Positions 1 to 12,633 of a stretch of DNA of 64,000 bases are shown one piece after another (within the stretch, counting starts at the first letter, position 1; every line of letters begins with the position of its first letter). Origin of the DNA: the human T2T-CHM13v2.0 reference genome, Homo sapiens; NCBI RefSeq assembly GCF_009914755.1, contig NC_060931.1. One strand, 5' to 3'. Made by a program: the position numbers and the translations under genes. Under the pieces are notes generated by a model. That model made no database searches. It was not told the DNA's origin and saw nothing but the letters and a program-made list of their open reading frames with translations.

Positions 1-31
1 TCATTCTCTTTTATTTAACCCTTTTAGAATG

Positions 32-500
32 TGTGAAAGGAAAATAAATCCTGGGGCCCCCAAATCACTAAGCTAAAGGGAAAAGTCAAGCTGGGAACTG
101 CTTAGGGTAAACCTGCCTCCCTTTCTATTCAAAGTCACCCCTCTGCTCACTGAGATAAACGCATATCTGATTGCCTCATTTGGAGAGGCTCATCAGAAAC
201 TCAAAAGAATGCAGTATGTCTCTTATCTACCTATGACGTGGAAGGCCCCTCCCCATTTTGAGTTGTCCCACCGTTGCCTCGAGTTGTCCCACCTTTCCGA
301 ACTGAACCAATGGACATCTTACACATACTGATTGAGGTCTCATGTCTCCCTAAAATGTATAAAACCAAGCTGTGCCCCTACCACCTTGGGCACATGTTGT
401 CGGGACCTCCTGAGGCGGTGTCATAGGAGCAAGTTCTCAACCTTGGCAAAATAAACTTTCTAAATTAACTGGGACCTGTCTTAGATATTCAGGGTTCACA
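32..500 (+). mobile_element. 5' LTR, MER4A/MER4A1-like
   Basis: TG...CA termini, TATAAAA at 358-364, AATAAA at 450-455; matches the recalled MER4A consensus. Confidence 0.85.
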
Positions 501-503
501 TTT

Positions 504-521
504 TGGCAACCATGAAGGGAT
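504..521 (+). promoter_or_regulatory. Retroviral primer-binding site complementary to the tRNA-Arg(TCG) 3' end
   Basis: TGGCAACCATGAAGGGAT begins 3 nt after the LTR. It matches the recalled reverse complement TGGCAACCACGAAGGGAT apart from one CpG>TpG change. Confidence 0.75.
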
Positions 522-2456
522 TCTGAATGGAGATGCCCCTGATCTTTGACAAATCTGCTACCAGTGCTTGGTACCAGCATGAGCTAACTTTATGGCTCAA
601 ACCAATAGGATAATTTGCTCAGGTCTAGGAACACCCCCTTCAGAGAATCCCTGACCTCCAAAAATTTGGTCAAGATCTAAAGTTTATTTTGCTGTACAAC
701 TCTCCTTTTCTGGAGTTTTACTTGCTTCCAACAAGGAAGGCAAGATTTCCTGCTTCCATGATGATGGAAGGCAGGTAACTCCTTTATGGAGTGTGAACTC
801 ACTCCTGTCAGGGAAGACAAGTTCGAGATGTTTGAGGTTTTTTTTTTTTTTTTTTTTTTTTCCCTGCTTCTAGGATGGTAAAAAGCTGTCTTCAGCCTGA
901 GACCCATTCCTAGTTAAGTAGATGAATTGGGGTTTTGTCTTTGCTAAAGTTTAACAACTGGTTGTCTTAATTTCTCCTTACCGTTATAGCACTCAGTGAT
1001 CATATTGTTGAGTTATTTGGTGTTGATGGTGGTTCCATCTTTATTCCATCAGATTTGACAAACTCTACCTGACTTGGTCAAATCCAAATGAGAATTCCAA
1101 ATTGTGGGTAACAAAACCTCTCTAATTTGGCTAAAATTCCTCACATCTGCAAAAGAGGGAAAAAACCGAAAACCAAAAAACCATGTGCTTGTTTTCCGTG
1201 TTTGCTTCCTATCTTAATAAACAAACAAAAAAACAAATGTTCTTTTATTTACTTTTCTTCCACCCTATACCTCCTTCCTATTTTGCCATCTGCAGTGCCA
1301 AAAACATCTAGAGAAGACTTCTAATGACTTGAACCCCTTTCAAGAAATCAGAGCAAAGGTGCCACTCACCTGTTTTGGGGTATTTTGTTTTCTTTGTGTA
1401 GTTTCAAGAGTCATGGGCAGAATCTTCTTAGGTCTAAAGCTCTGTTTTCCTGTATTGCATGACCTGATCTCTTTGGCTTGGGTACCAGAGATTACCTTGT
1501 ATTGGGAGAGGATTTGACCTTGGCGTGTGTAATGGTAAAAGGGAGCTACAAAGTTAGGGATGGCTGAGCAGTTTACAGGGAGTGGTCTTGGCTGTTGTTA
1601 TTTATTTTTTTTCTCCTTGGAAGTTGTTTAAGGATCTTAATTCTAGTTTGGAGATGCATCCTAAGGGGTCTTCTCTATTGCTTTTTCTCCCAACATTAAT
1701 CTCAATTAGTCTTGTCTATGTGCATTTGCATGAGAAACTGAACTGTTGTTTTCATAGGTAAATGTGAGACTGCATTTTCACAGCTCTGAAGAAAAAGGGC
1801 ATTTGCTCTTCTCAGCTGAAAGGTGCCCTTGGGTGACTGGGGGCCCTGTAGGAGTGTCTGGGAGGTTGATCCCCAGTGGCCCTGCAGGGAAATCCCCAAC
1901 AAAATTCATTTTTAAAAAGGCTCATCCAGGAAAAGCATATAAGGGATGATCACCCAGTGTTTTGAGCCCTCTCATAGGTCATAGATTTCTGGAGAGAGAA
2001 ACTGAGACACGTAAGAGGGTGGAAATGACTTGCCCACAAGCAGCACACATCAGTCCACCATATAAAAACCCTAGGTCACAGCTCAGTTCTTCCTTTTAAG
2101 AAAAAAAGTGGAAACAAATAATCTAAGTATTGAGGAGAAAACAAGGAGAATGACCCCCTTTAGAGCACTCCATAGGTTTTATGTCACGTCTACTTGCCAG
2201 AGTTTATGTAAAACGAAAGTAATATGGTCTTCGAACACATTTACATTAAAGAAAAAGATCCCTAAGGTCAGTCTCCAAACTATAGAGTTCCTAAGTTCTC
2301 TTTTTTCTCTATTTTCTTTTCTGTATGCTTTAAATCTGCTGTTATTTTTCTATTAAGATAAAAACCACTGTTTGGATCCAACAGGTTTTTTGTTTGCAAG
2401 CTAGTGAATTTGTATTTACCTCATGGCTAAAGTTCTGAAATAAAAGCTATAGGATC

Positions 2457-2458
<2 letters not shown>

Positions 2459-2501
<43 letters not shown>
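2459..2501. repeat. (TG)n microsatellite inside the ERV internal region
   Basis: About 21 uninterrupted TG units. Confidence 0.97.
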
Positions 2502-2503
<2 letters not shown>

Positions 2504-5227
2504 AAAAGGCTTTTATAAAATTTCTATAATTTTATGTTTAATTGGTAATTAAATCCATTTTAACTTCCCCTTACCACAGCAGAATTTTTCTCTCCATACC
2601 TTATGATGTAAATTTTACAATTATTGGTAAAGTAATGTTAGAAATGTCTTAAGAATTGCCAGCATAGATTTTTGTTTGCATTTATTAATCAAGCAATTTC
2701 ATACTTATCCCTGCCAAATACTATAAGGTGTCAAAATGTGACATAAGGATCACAAAACTATAAACCCAGCCCAAGGCAGAATGATGTTTGCTTATGTAAG
2801 TTTTAATCATCTTCGGGCCTAGTAGAAGATGCCAATAAAAATAAACTGCATTCCTGAGGCACAAGGCAAGAAATTAAAGCTATTCAACTCCTCAAGACTC
2901 AGGAACTATTGCAGAAGAGGTAGGTGTGTGAGGTTGTAGGGGCCGATTTTGAGAGATAAAGTAAGTTCAGTTTCTCTATAATTTAATTATTAATGTCAAG
3001 GGCACACTGATGCAAGACCAGCATATGGACCCCTTTGTCAGCTTAAGAAGGTTTTCTTGAAGCATTAACTGACATCTAATAAAGGTTATGAAGGTTATAA
3101 AAGGCTTCTGGAACTTATATTTTATGGTCAAAATTGGAATTTTATAAATTATAAAATTTTGAAAAACCAATTTAATTGGCTTCATGCTGTTTTTATTGGG
3201 GCTTATTGTTTGGAAAACTAAGTCTCTTCTCTCAAAGAATGAAGCTTTTCACCTTTTAAAAAAATCCTTGACTTTATCACTTTGGTCAAATGAATTACTT
3301 ATTTTACAATGAAGTGTGATACCAAGTGTTTTAAGCCTTTGATATTTGATGAACTTTCCAAAATCAAATTATAAATTATATCTTTTTCTTACCTAATTAA
3401 TCCTTTAAGATATTAGGTTCCCTGAAGTCCAGAACTGACATAATTTGGCTTATTTGGTATAAAAATTATATGGCAGGCCTTGTCAAATATGAACTGGTGT
3501 TTGGTTTTCTTTGGGCTGATTTGTATAAATATATTATTGATATGTGTTCCAAAATTATGGGAAAATTGTATAATTCTGATATGATGTATTGTACATTATC
3601 AGTAATAATTATAATTGTTATGTTAAATTATTGCATGCCACAGAGGTAACAAATTTCCTTATCAATTGTGTCTTTGACTCTGGCTGCTCTAAAACTTTTT
3701 GTCATCCATGACAATTATTGTCTTGTTTTGATCCACTTTAGAAGGTAGTTTTATAATCAGCATAAAACTCAAGAGCACCTGTTGGTGCTCTTGAACACAA
3801 GTTTCTGATAACTTTGGAGACTGTGACATCAGAATAGAAGAAAAACTTTCTGGGCTCATGGAGAACTGAAATGTTCATGAATATCAAGCAGAACAGGAAT
3901 TAATTACATGGACTGAACTAATAAAGATTGAGTAATCTTTTTGACTTTTTGCTTAAAACATTGCTGATCCTTTGTTTCACTTTTTTTCAGAGTCAAGGAA
4001 ACTTTTCTTTTGAGCTATTGACAGCTTTTAACAAATTTGTATACTCCTATGAGCAAAATTTAGAACATATTTGTTTCTTTCTACCTGATTTCTTGAGAAT
4101 TTGGAAACTGGGATTATTCTTAACTTATGGCAAAACAGTTATTTGCATAAGTACAATAAGAATTTGTTCTCATTTATAACAGGACACAATTGGAGAAACT
4201 GATTATTTTACTAAGGCTTTGACTGGGATGGTGTGCTTTTCTTTAAGGAATCAATTGACTTATACAGCAAATAAAAGCCCCTTGGGAAAACTGGCCTCAT
4301 GCCTTGTCTACACAGTCCTTACACATCATTCCTGACCTGTGGTAAGAAAAGATTGTCACTTTCTAACAGGCCCAGGAGACCCAAGTTTATCTTGGAACCT
4401 CACATGGAGAGGAATTCCCCAACTCATAGGTATTTGACGGTACAAATCCATGGCTGGGCTCGGCTTTAAAAAAGTCTTACCTGAGATTCCTTCTATGGAA
4501 TAAAGTTCCATCAAAGCCAATTTAAAAGCCAATGTAAAAAAATCATTATTCTTGCCACACTGTATACAAATAATCAGGCCAAGTATAAGAAAGCAAATCA
4601 GTCCAACCATGATTTGTCTTTAATAAAAATGGGAAACTGGAGAGAGAAAAAATATGTTTCAAAAACCATAGTACACCTGTTGTTAGATTCTAGTCTTGCC
4701 TAACGTTTTTCAATTTTTTTTATTTTCTACAGATTGGAGCAAACTCTAATTTTTCTTGGCTACAAGTCTTCAAAATAATGTTTTCAATTTTTTTCCTTCT
4801 TTTTCTCCTGATATTTCCTAATTTGGAGTCACTGAAAACTAAGCTGTGCTTTCATAAAGCCCTGCAACTGAAGCTAGACAACTTAAACTTCAGAAGAAAG
4901 TAACAGCAAACTATTTACTTACATAAGCCCCTTTCATACCTGCCTACTGATGTATGGACTTCAGAGTAATGTGGCCTATCTCAATTTTCCAGAATCGTTC
5001 TTTTGTTTCTTGTTGTTTTTCTCCTTTTCTCCTCCTATTTTCTCTTCATAGGACATGAGACTTCACAACCTGCTAAAAATGGACTTTCCTAATAACTCAG
5101 GACCTACCTGTCTAGGAATAAACCATTCTAGCCATGAGAGATCAGATGAAACCTGAGACCATAGACTCATTTTCTCCTAAAATGCTTTCTCCCAAAGATT
5201 TTTTTAAAAAAGGTATCGAGTGGGGAA

Positions 5228-5680
5228 TGTGAAAGGAAAATAAATCTTGGGGCCCCCAAATCACTAAGCTAAAGAGAAAAGTCAAGCTGGGAACTGCTTA
5301 GGTAAAACCTGTCTCCCATTCTATCAAAGTCACCTGCCTGCTCACTGAGATAAATGCATATCTGATTGCTTTATTTGGACAGGCTAATCAGAAACTCAAA
5401 AGAATGCAACCATTGTGACTTGGAAGCCTCCTCCCCACTTCGAGTTGTCCCACCTTCACCTCAAGTGGTGCCCCCTTTCTGGACTGAACTAATGGACATC
5501 CTACAAATTGATTGAGGTCTCATGTCTCCCTAAAATGTATAAAACCAAGCTGTGCCCCTATCATCTCAGGCACATGTCATCAGAACCTCCTGAGGTTGTG
5601 TCACAGGCATGTCTCCTCAACCTTGGCAAAATAAAATTCATAAATTAACTGAGACCTGTCTTAGATATTCAGGGTTCACA
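5228..5680 (+). mobile_element. 3' LTR, MER4A/MER4A1-like
   Basis: Homologous to 32-500; TATAAAA at 5538-5544, AATAAA at 5630-5635; followed by the TSD AATG. Confidence 0.85.
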
Positions 5681-5698
5681 AATGCTATTTATGAAATG

Positions 5699-6035
5699 CA
5701 TTTATCCTTCAGAATTCATGGGTGATGGGTTCTAGGACCTCCTGAAGATACCGAAAATTGCAAATGCTCAAGTCCCCGATATAAAATTGCATAGTGTTTG
5801 CATATATCTTATGCATATCCTGCCATATACTTTAAATCATCTGTAGATTACTTATAATACTGAATACAATATAAATGCTATGTAAATAGTTGTTATACTG
5901 TATTGTTTAGGGAATAATGACAAGAAAAATAGTCTGTTCATATTCAGACCAGAAACAATTTTTTTAAAAAAACTTTTTAGTATGCAGTTGGTTGAATCCA
6001 TGAATAAAGAATCTAGAGATACAGAGTGCTAACTG
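5699..6035 (+). mobile_element. MER2 (TcMar-Tigger non-autonomous DNA transposon)
   Basis: Characteristic core TTTAAATCATCTGTAGATTACTTATAATAC...AAATGCTATGTAAATAGTTGTTATACTGTATTG, with degenerate TIRs. Confidence 0.85.
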
Positions 6036-6291
6036 CTTTCCTACCTCAAGTTCATAAAGATATTCTCCTATGTTTCCCTAGAAAAGCTTTAGTGTTTTAT
6101 ATTTCACATTTAGATCTATAATCCATCTGGAATTGACTGGTTTGTATGTTGTGAGGCAGGGATCAAAATTTATTTTTTACATAGATATTTGGATGATCCG
6201 GCATGCCTATTGAAAAGTCCATCTTTTCTGTAAAAGACTTTTTTCCCAGCTGCACCATAGTATCACTTTGTCATAAAATGATTGAACCTGT

Positions 6292-6658
6292 TATATATAG
6301 CTATATGCGATATATAAATATATATCAATATATGAAATATATGATATAGATACATATATCTATACATATCATATATATCATATATAATATATGCTATATG
6401 TATCTATATCATATATAATATATGCTATATGTATCTATATCATATATATCATATATGATATGTGCTATATGTATCTATATCATATAGATCGATATGATAT
6501 ATAGATATATATCTATATCATATAGATCTATATGATATATAGATATATATGTATATCATATAGATCTATATGATATATAGATATATATCTATATATCATA
6601 TAGATCTATATGATATACATATATATCTATATATCATATATGACATATATACATACAT
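6292..6658. repeat. AT-rich VNTR containing a perfect 112-bp palindrome (6529-6640)
   Basis: Tandem ~31-40 bp TA-based units. The palindrome was checked base by base, with its centre at 6584/6585. Confidence 0.92.
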
Positions 6659-7305
6659 AAATGAATTTGTTTCTGGATTTTCAACTCTGCCCCTCTGTTC
6701 TCTTTGCCGGTCCTTCCTCCTGAACTAAACCATCTTAATTCCCATAGCTTTACAGTAAGTCTAGCATACTGATAGTACAATTTCTCCAGATTTATTTTCT
6801 TCTTCCAGTTTGTCCTGGCTATTATTGGCCCTTTTCATTTTTATATATATTTTAGAATCAATCTCTTAACTTGCAACAAAAGTGCTGAAATATATGTTGC
6901 ATGATTTGATCAACTTGAAAAAAACTTATATTTTTACAACATTGAGTTTAGCAATTAATGAACATGGTGTATTCCTACGCCTATTTACATCCTCTTTTAT
7001 TTCTCTCAGTAATGCTTTCTAATGACATATTTTTTGCTAGATTTATTTCTAGCTAAATTGTTTTAGGTGTTTTTCAATTGGTTTCATTTAAAAGTTTTTA
7101 TTTTTTGCTTTTCTTGGAACATAAAATGCAATTGATCCCAAACAGTGACCTTATATCTAGAGATCTTAACCTCAATTCAGTTAATTCTAATGGCTTGAGT
7201 GTGTATTAGTTGTCTTTTTGTCACTATTTTCATGTATGCTCCCAAGTTATCTGAAAATAGTTAAAATTTTATATCTTCCTTTTCAATCCTTTTGCTTTTT
7301 TGTGG

Positions 7306-8819
7306 TTTACTTATTTAAATTTTAATTTAAGTTCTGGGGTATGTGTGCAGAACATGCAAGTTTGTTACATAGGTATATATGTGCCATAGTGGCTTGCTGC
7401 ACCTATCAACCCGTCGTCTAGGTTTTAAGTCCTGCATGCATTAGGTATTTGTCCTAATGCTCTCCCTCCCTTAGCCCCCAACCCCCGACAGGCCTGGTGT
7501 GTGATGTTCTCTTTGCTGTGTCCATGTGTTCTCATTGTTCAGTCTCACTCATGAGTGAGAACACGCAGTGTTTGGTTTTCTGTTCCTGTGTTAGTTTGCT
7601 GAGGATGATGGCTTCCAGCTTCATCCATGTCCCTGCAAAGGATATGAACTCATCCTTTTTTATGCCTGCATAGTATTCCATGATGTATATGTGCCACATT
7701 TTCTTTATGCAGTCTATCATTGATGGGCATTGGTTCTAAGTCTTTGCTATTGTAATTAGGGCTGCAATAAACATACATGTGCATGTGTCTTTATAGTAGA
7801 ATGATTTATAATCCTTTAGGTATATACCCAGTAATGGGATTGCTGGGTCAAATGGTATTTCTGATTCTAGATCCTTGAGGAATTGCCATAATGTCTTCCA
7901 CAATGGTTGAACTAATTTACACTCCCACCAACAGTGGAAAAGCATTCCTGTTTCTCCACAGCCTCACCAGCATCTGTTGTTTCCTGACGTTTTAATAATC
8001 GCCATTCTGACTGGCATGCGATGGTATCTCAATGTGGTTTTGATTTGCATTTCTCTAATGACCAGTGATGATGAGCTTTTTTTCATATGTTTGTTGGCCA
8101 CATAAATGTCTTCTTTGGAGAAGTGTCTGCTCATATCCTTTGCCCACTTTTTGATGGGGTGGTTTCGTTCTTATAAATTTGTTTAAGTTCCTTGTAGATT
8201 CTGGATATTAGACCTTTGTTGGATGGCTTGCAAACATTTTCTCCCATTCTTTAGATTGCCTGTTCACTACGATGATAGTTTCTTTTGCTTTGCAGAAGCT
8301 CTTTGGTTTGATTAGATCCCATTTGTCAATTTTGGTTTTTGTTGCAATTGCTTTTGGCATTTTAGTCATGAAGTGTTTGCCTATGCCTATGTTCTGAATG
8401 GTATTGCCTAGGTTTTCATGGTTTTGAGTTTTACACTAAGTCTTTAATCCATCTTGAGTTAATTTTTGTATAAGGTGTAGGGAAGGGGTCCAGTTTCTGT
8501 TTTCTGTATATGGCTAGCCAGTTTTCCCAGCACCATTTATAAAATAGGGAATCCTCTCCCCATAACTTGTTTTTGTCAGGTTTGTCAAAGATCGGTTGGT
8601 TGTAGATGTATGGTGTTATTTCTGAGGTCTCTGTTCTGTTCCATTGGTCTATATATCTGTTTTGGTACCAGTACCCTGCTGTTTTGGTTACTGCAGCCTT
8701 GTAGGATAGTTTGAAGTCATGTAGCATGATGCCTCCAGCTTTGTTCTTTTTATGTAGGATTGTCTTGGCTACGCAGGCTCTTTTTTTGGTACCAGATGAA
8801 ATTTAAAGTAGTTTTTTCT
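7306..8819 (-). mobile_element. 5'-truncated L1PA (L1PA8-like): 3' UTR plus ORF2 C-terminus
   Basis: ORF-track peptides 7532-7720, 7736-7945 and 8431-8727 are L1 ORF2 C-terminal fragments. The 3' UTR has the CTAGGTTTTAAG...GCATGCATTAGG signature. Confidence 0.9.
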
Positions 8820-10400
8820 TTTCTTCTTTCTTTTTTAAATCATTTTTACAGGTGTTGACTTTTGCTTTTTTAAAATACCTTTTTGTATTGGCTAGTCTTT
8901 CTATTAAAGTAATAAACATAGTTATAGCAGGTAAGTAATAACTAATTTCATTGGAAGTTTTTCAGTATTTTACCATGAAGCATGAAGTTTGCTGTAAGAA
9001 TTTCTTGAACACTCTTTATCTAAGAAAGTTCCATTCCATACCTAGTTTGCTACGAGTTTTCATGGTAAATTGACACAGAATCATATGAAATGTTTTCTTT
9101 TCTTATATCACATAACTTTTCTCTTTTCTTCTGCCAGTGCATATCAACATCCATTTATTTTTCAATGTTAAAACACACTTGCATTCCTAGAATAAATCCA
9201 CTTTTTGTGATGTGTTAACTTATTATCAAATACATTTTTATACAGCAGCTTACTCGTGAGCTTGACAGTCACTGGGTCAAGTATTTTGCTCCATATTTTA
9301 ACATATATTGAATTATTTTTGATATCTTAACTCTTGATGTTTTTGACATTTTAAGTCTTTTAAGAAGTAAAATTGAAAAAATCTACTTATTCTTCCTATT
9401 GTTATGGTAGACATGCTCATGCAGGTAATACCTCAGAAGTTTTCCAGGCATTACTGTCTGGTAATGTGTAGATAAAACAGACTGTTGTGTTCTTACACTT
9501 TGGATAACAGGAATTTCTACAACTTCTCCAGGCTTCACAAATCAGACACACTTTTTTCTTAATGCCCAAGTAGCAATAATCCAAGCTACTATCCTACATG
9601 TCTATGAAGTCTTTAACAAGATTTTCCTCCAAGAATACATTTTAGTTGGATAATTTTACCTTACCTAGTTTTTACTCATTTTCTCAGAATATCACTCCAA
9701 AATAAAAGCTATTCTTTATCTTTGCATAACCAACAGTTCCATTAAAGTATTTTTCTTTAATTAAACATGTAGTTTATCCACAAAAGGGAATCCAAACTTC
9801 TCATTCTGTGGAAAATTTGAAAAACTACAGTCTAGAAGATTCTGTTATTATATTGCCATTCCCATCTAGGAGTGAGTTCTGCCATTTTTATATGTTACTT
9901 ATTGTGTCTTCTTTATATTTACATTATTTTAAGTATTTTTATATTATGATACTTTGTTTATATTTTAAACTAGAACACAATTGACAGAAACTGCAGTTAA
10001 TCTAATTATGGATTAGACAGTTGCAGGAAACATTAGTTTACTCTAGGAAGGGAAACACAAATTGAGTTGTTGTAAGGACACAATAGGCAAACTGAGTCAT
10101 CCAAAAATGAGAAATAAAGTAGCAGCAGGTCACAGCAGAACTAACTAGAACTGGAAATTCAAACACGAGTTTACAGATTCCACCCTGAAAAGGCTTATCT
10201 CTGTTTTTTCATCTAATTTCTTTTTAGCTTTATAATTTTGTACATGCCCTAGCATGACTACCTCTCTCTCCCATTTTGGCGTGGCTTTACTATTCATGTA
10301 TTCATTGTTTTTTTAAATATTAGGGAGGGAAGACTCTTATCTTTCATTTCTTATGTACCCCCATGAAGACTTTCAGCTGAAATAACTCATCTCTCACTCG

Positions 10401-11483
10401 TTTTTCTTTTATTTTTTTATTTATTTCTTCTAAAAAAAATGGGATACATATGCAGATGTGCAGGTTTGTTACATAGGTATACAAGTGTCATGGTGGTATG
10501 CTGTACCTATTGACCCATCCTCTAAGTTCCCTCCCCTCACCCTCCACCCCTCAACAGGCCCTGGTGTGTGTGTTCCCCTCTCTGTGTCCATGTGTTTTGA
10601 ATGTTCAACCTCCACTTATGAGAGAGCATGCGGGGTTTGGTTTTCTGTTCCTGTGTTAGTTTGCTGAGGATGATGGCTTCCAGCTTCATTCATGTCCCTG
10701 CAAAGGACATGATCTTATTCCTTTTTATGGCTGCTTAGAATTCCATGGTGTATATATGCCACACTTCTTTATCCAGTCTATCATTGGGTTGGTTCCGTGT
10801 CTTTGCTATTGTAAATAGTGCTGCAATAAACATATGTGTGCATGTTTCTTTATAGTAGAATGGTTTATAATCCTTTGGGTATATACTCAGTTATGGGATT
10901 GCTGGATCAAGTGGTAATTCTGGTTCTAGATCCTTGAGGAATCGCCATACTGTCTTCCACAATGGTTGAACTAATTTACATTCCCACCAACAGTGTAAAA
11001 GCGTTCCTATTTCTCCACAGCCTCGCCAGCATATATTGTTTCCTGACTTTTTAATAATTGCCATTCTGACTGGCATGAGATGGTATCTCACTGTGGTTTT
11101 GATTTGCATTTCTCTGATGATCAGTGATATTGAGCTTTTTTTCATATGCTTGCTGGCCATGTAAATGTCTTCTTTTAGAAGTGTCTGCTCATATCCTTCA
11201 CCCACTTTTTGATGGGGTTGTTTGTCTTTTTCTTGTAAATATGTTCAAGTTCCTTGTAAATTCTGGATATTAGACCTTTGTCAGATGGGTAGATTGCAAA
11301 TATTTTCTCCCATTCTGCAGGTTGCCTGTTCACTCTGGTGATGATAGTTTCTTTTGTTGTGCAGAAGCTCTTTAGTTTAACTAGATCCCATTTGACAATT
11401 TTAGCTTTTGCTGCAATTGCTTTTGGTGTTTTCGTCATGAAGTCTTTGCCCATGCCTATGTCCTGAGTGGTATTGCCTAGGTT
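10401..11483 (-). mobile_element. 5'-truncated L1PA (L1PA8A-like)
   Basis: ORF2 C-terminal peptides at 10891-11501. The 3' end is TTCTTCTAAAAAAAATGGGATACAT...CCTCTAAGTTCCCTCCCC with a T-rich tail. Confidence 0.88.
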
Positions 11484-11986
11484 ACTCTTTATTGACTCCA
11501 CATCTTGAAAGGAGAAGGGATTATTTTGTTTAGCGAGTTTGAAATAACTTGTTGAGCATGCTCTGCTAGCACCTTTCTCCTGACTGTGTTCAGTTGTGTC
11601 TGCCTATTGAAAGGAAAGTTTCTTACCTACTTTCATCCACATGGATCTGCCAATGATGTGGAAGGCTAATAGGGTTCCACTTGTGCCAGTGCCTGGGTGA
11701 ACAAGTATGTCCAATTTAGGAGTCAATTCCTAGGAAGCTATTAGGTTTTAGATCTAAAATTGTAATCTCCAATCAGGCTGTTTTAGTAATAAAGGTGATA
11801 TTTTGAATTCCATTTGCTTGCTATTGCTTCTTTGTCTCAGTTGTTTCCAAAAGAAGAAAAAGATCTATTATTTAGTAATCTACATGAACCCCACATAGAG
11901 AGAAAATAGAGTACATAATTCCATCATATAAAAAATAAATTTAAAATACATGAAGAGTTAAATGAGAAAAATAATATTTAAATATA

Positions 11987-12494
11987 CAGGCATATCTCAG
12001 AGATACTGTGGATTTGGCTCCAGATCACTGAAATAAAGCAAATATGGCAATGAAACAAGTCACACAAATTTGGGGGGGTTCCCAATGCATAAAAAATTAT
12101 GTTTACTCTAAACTGTGGTCCATTAAGCATTTAAACATTATGTCTAAAAACTGTACATATTTTAATTTAAAAATACCTTATTGTTAAAAAATACTAATGA
12201 TCATCTGAGCCTTCAGTGACTCATAATCTTTTTTTTTTTGGTAAAAGGTCTTGTTTGATGTTGATGGTTGCTGTTTGATCAGGGTGTGGTTGCTGAAGGT
12301 TAGGGTGGCTGTGGCAATTTCTTAAAATAAGACGACAGTGAAGTTTGCTGCATCAATGGATTCCTCCTCGAACAAAAGATTTCTCTATAGCATGCAACGC
12401 TATCTATCTGATAGCATTTTACCCATAGTAGAACTTTCAAAGTTTGAGTCAGTCCTCTCAAATCCTGCTGCTACTTTATCAATTAAGTTTATGT
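11987..12494 (-). mobile_element. Tigger1 terminal fragment
   Basis: TA followed by the TIR CAGGCATATCTCAGAGATA; follows the recalled Tigger1 consensus until an abrupt break at ~12494. Confidence 0.88.
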
Positions 12495-12633
12495 TTGGGT
12501 AGTATTAACTGGAGTTAATTAAATATGGAGTGACTATTATGGGGAAACACTGTCAGTTTCTGTGCAGAATCCCATGATAGACATTTCTAGTAGTTTCAAC
12601 AATGTCTGGGGCTCCTACCCTTCTAGGCTAATG
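12494..12633 (+). repeat. Local ~140-bp duplicate of 14842-14984
   Basis: Shared blocks TTCTGTGCAGAATCCCATGATAGACATTTCTA and CAATGTCTGGGGCTCCTA.CCTTCTAGGC. Confidence 0.9.

Larger units (their letters stand above)
32..5680 (+). mobile_element. Complete non-autonomous ERV1 provirus, MER4 group (LTR-int-LTR)
   Basis: Two homologous direct LTRs (32-500, 5228-5680), both starting TGTGAAAGG and ending GGTTCACA. 4-bp TSD AATG at 28-31 and 5681-5684. PBS follows the left LTR and a purine-rich tract precedes the right LTR. No gag/pol/env ORF in the ORF track. Confidence 0.92.
6036..9230 (-). mobile_element. Old, highly diverged L1M ORF2 fragments interrupted by an AT repeat and an L1PA insertion
   Basis: Degenerate antisense L1 motifs (TTCACATTTAGATCTATAATCCATCTGGAATT; TTCCATTCCATACCTAGTTTGCT). 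Boundaries are approximate. Confidence 0.6.

Noticed and set aside
501-5227. Possible gag/pol/env in the ERV internal region
   Set aside because: Only short ORFs (85 aa or less) with no retroviral motifs.
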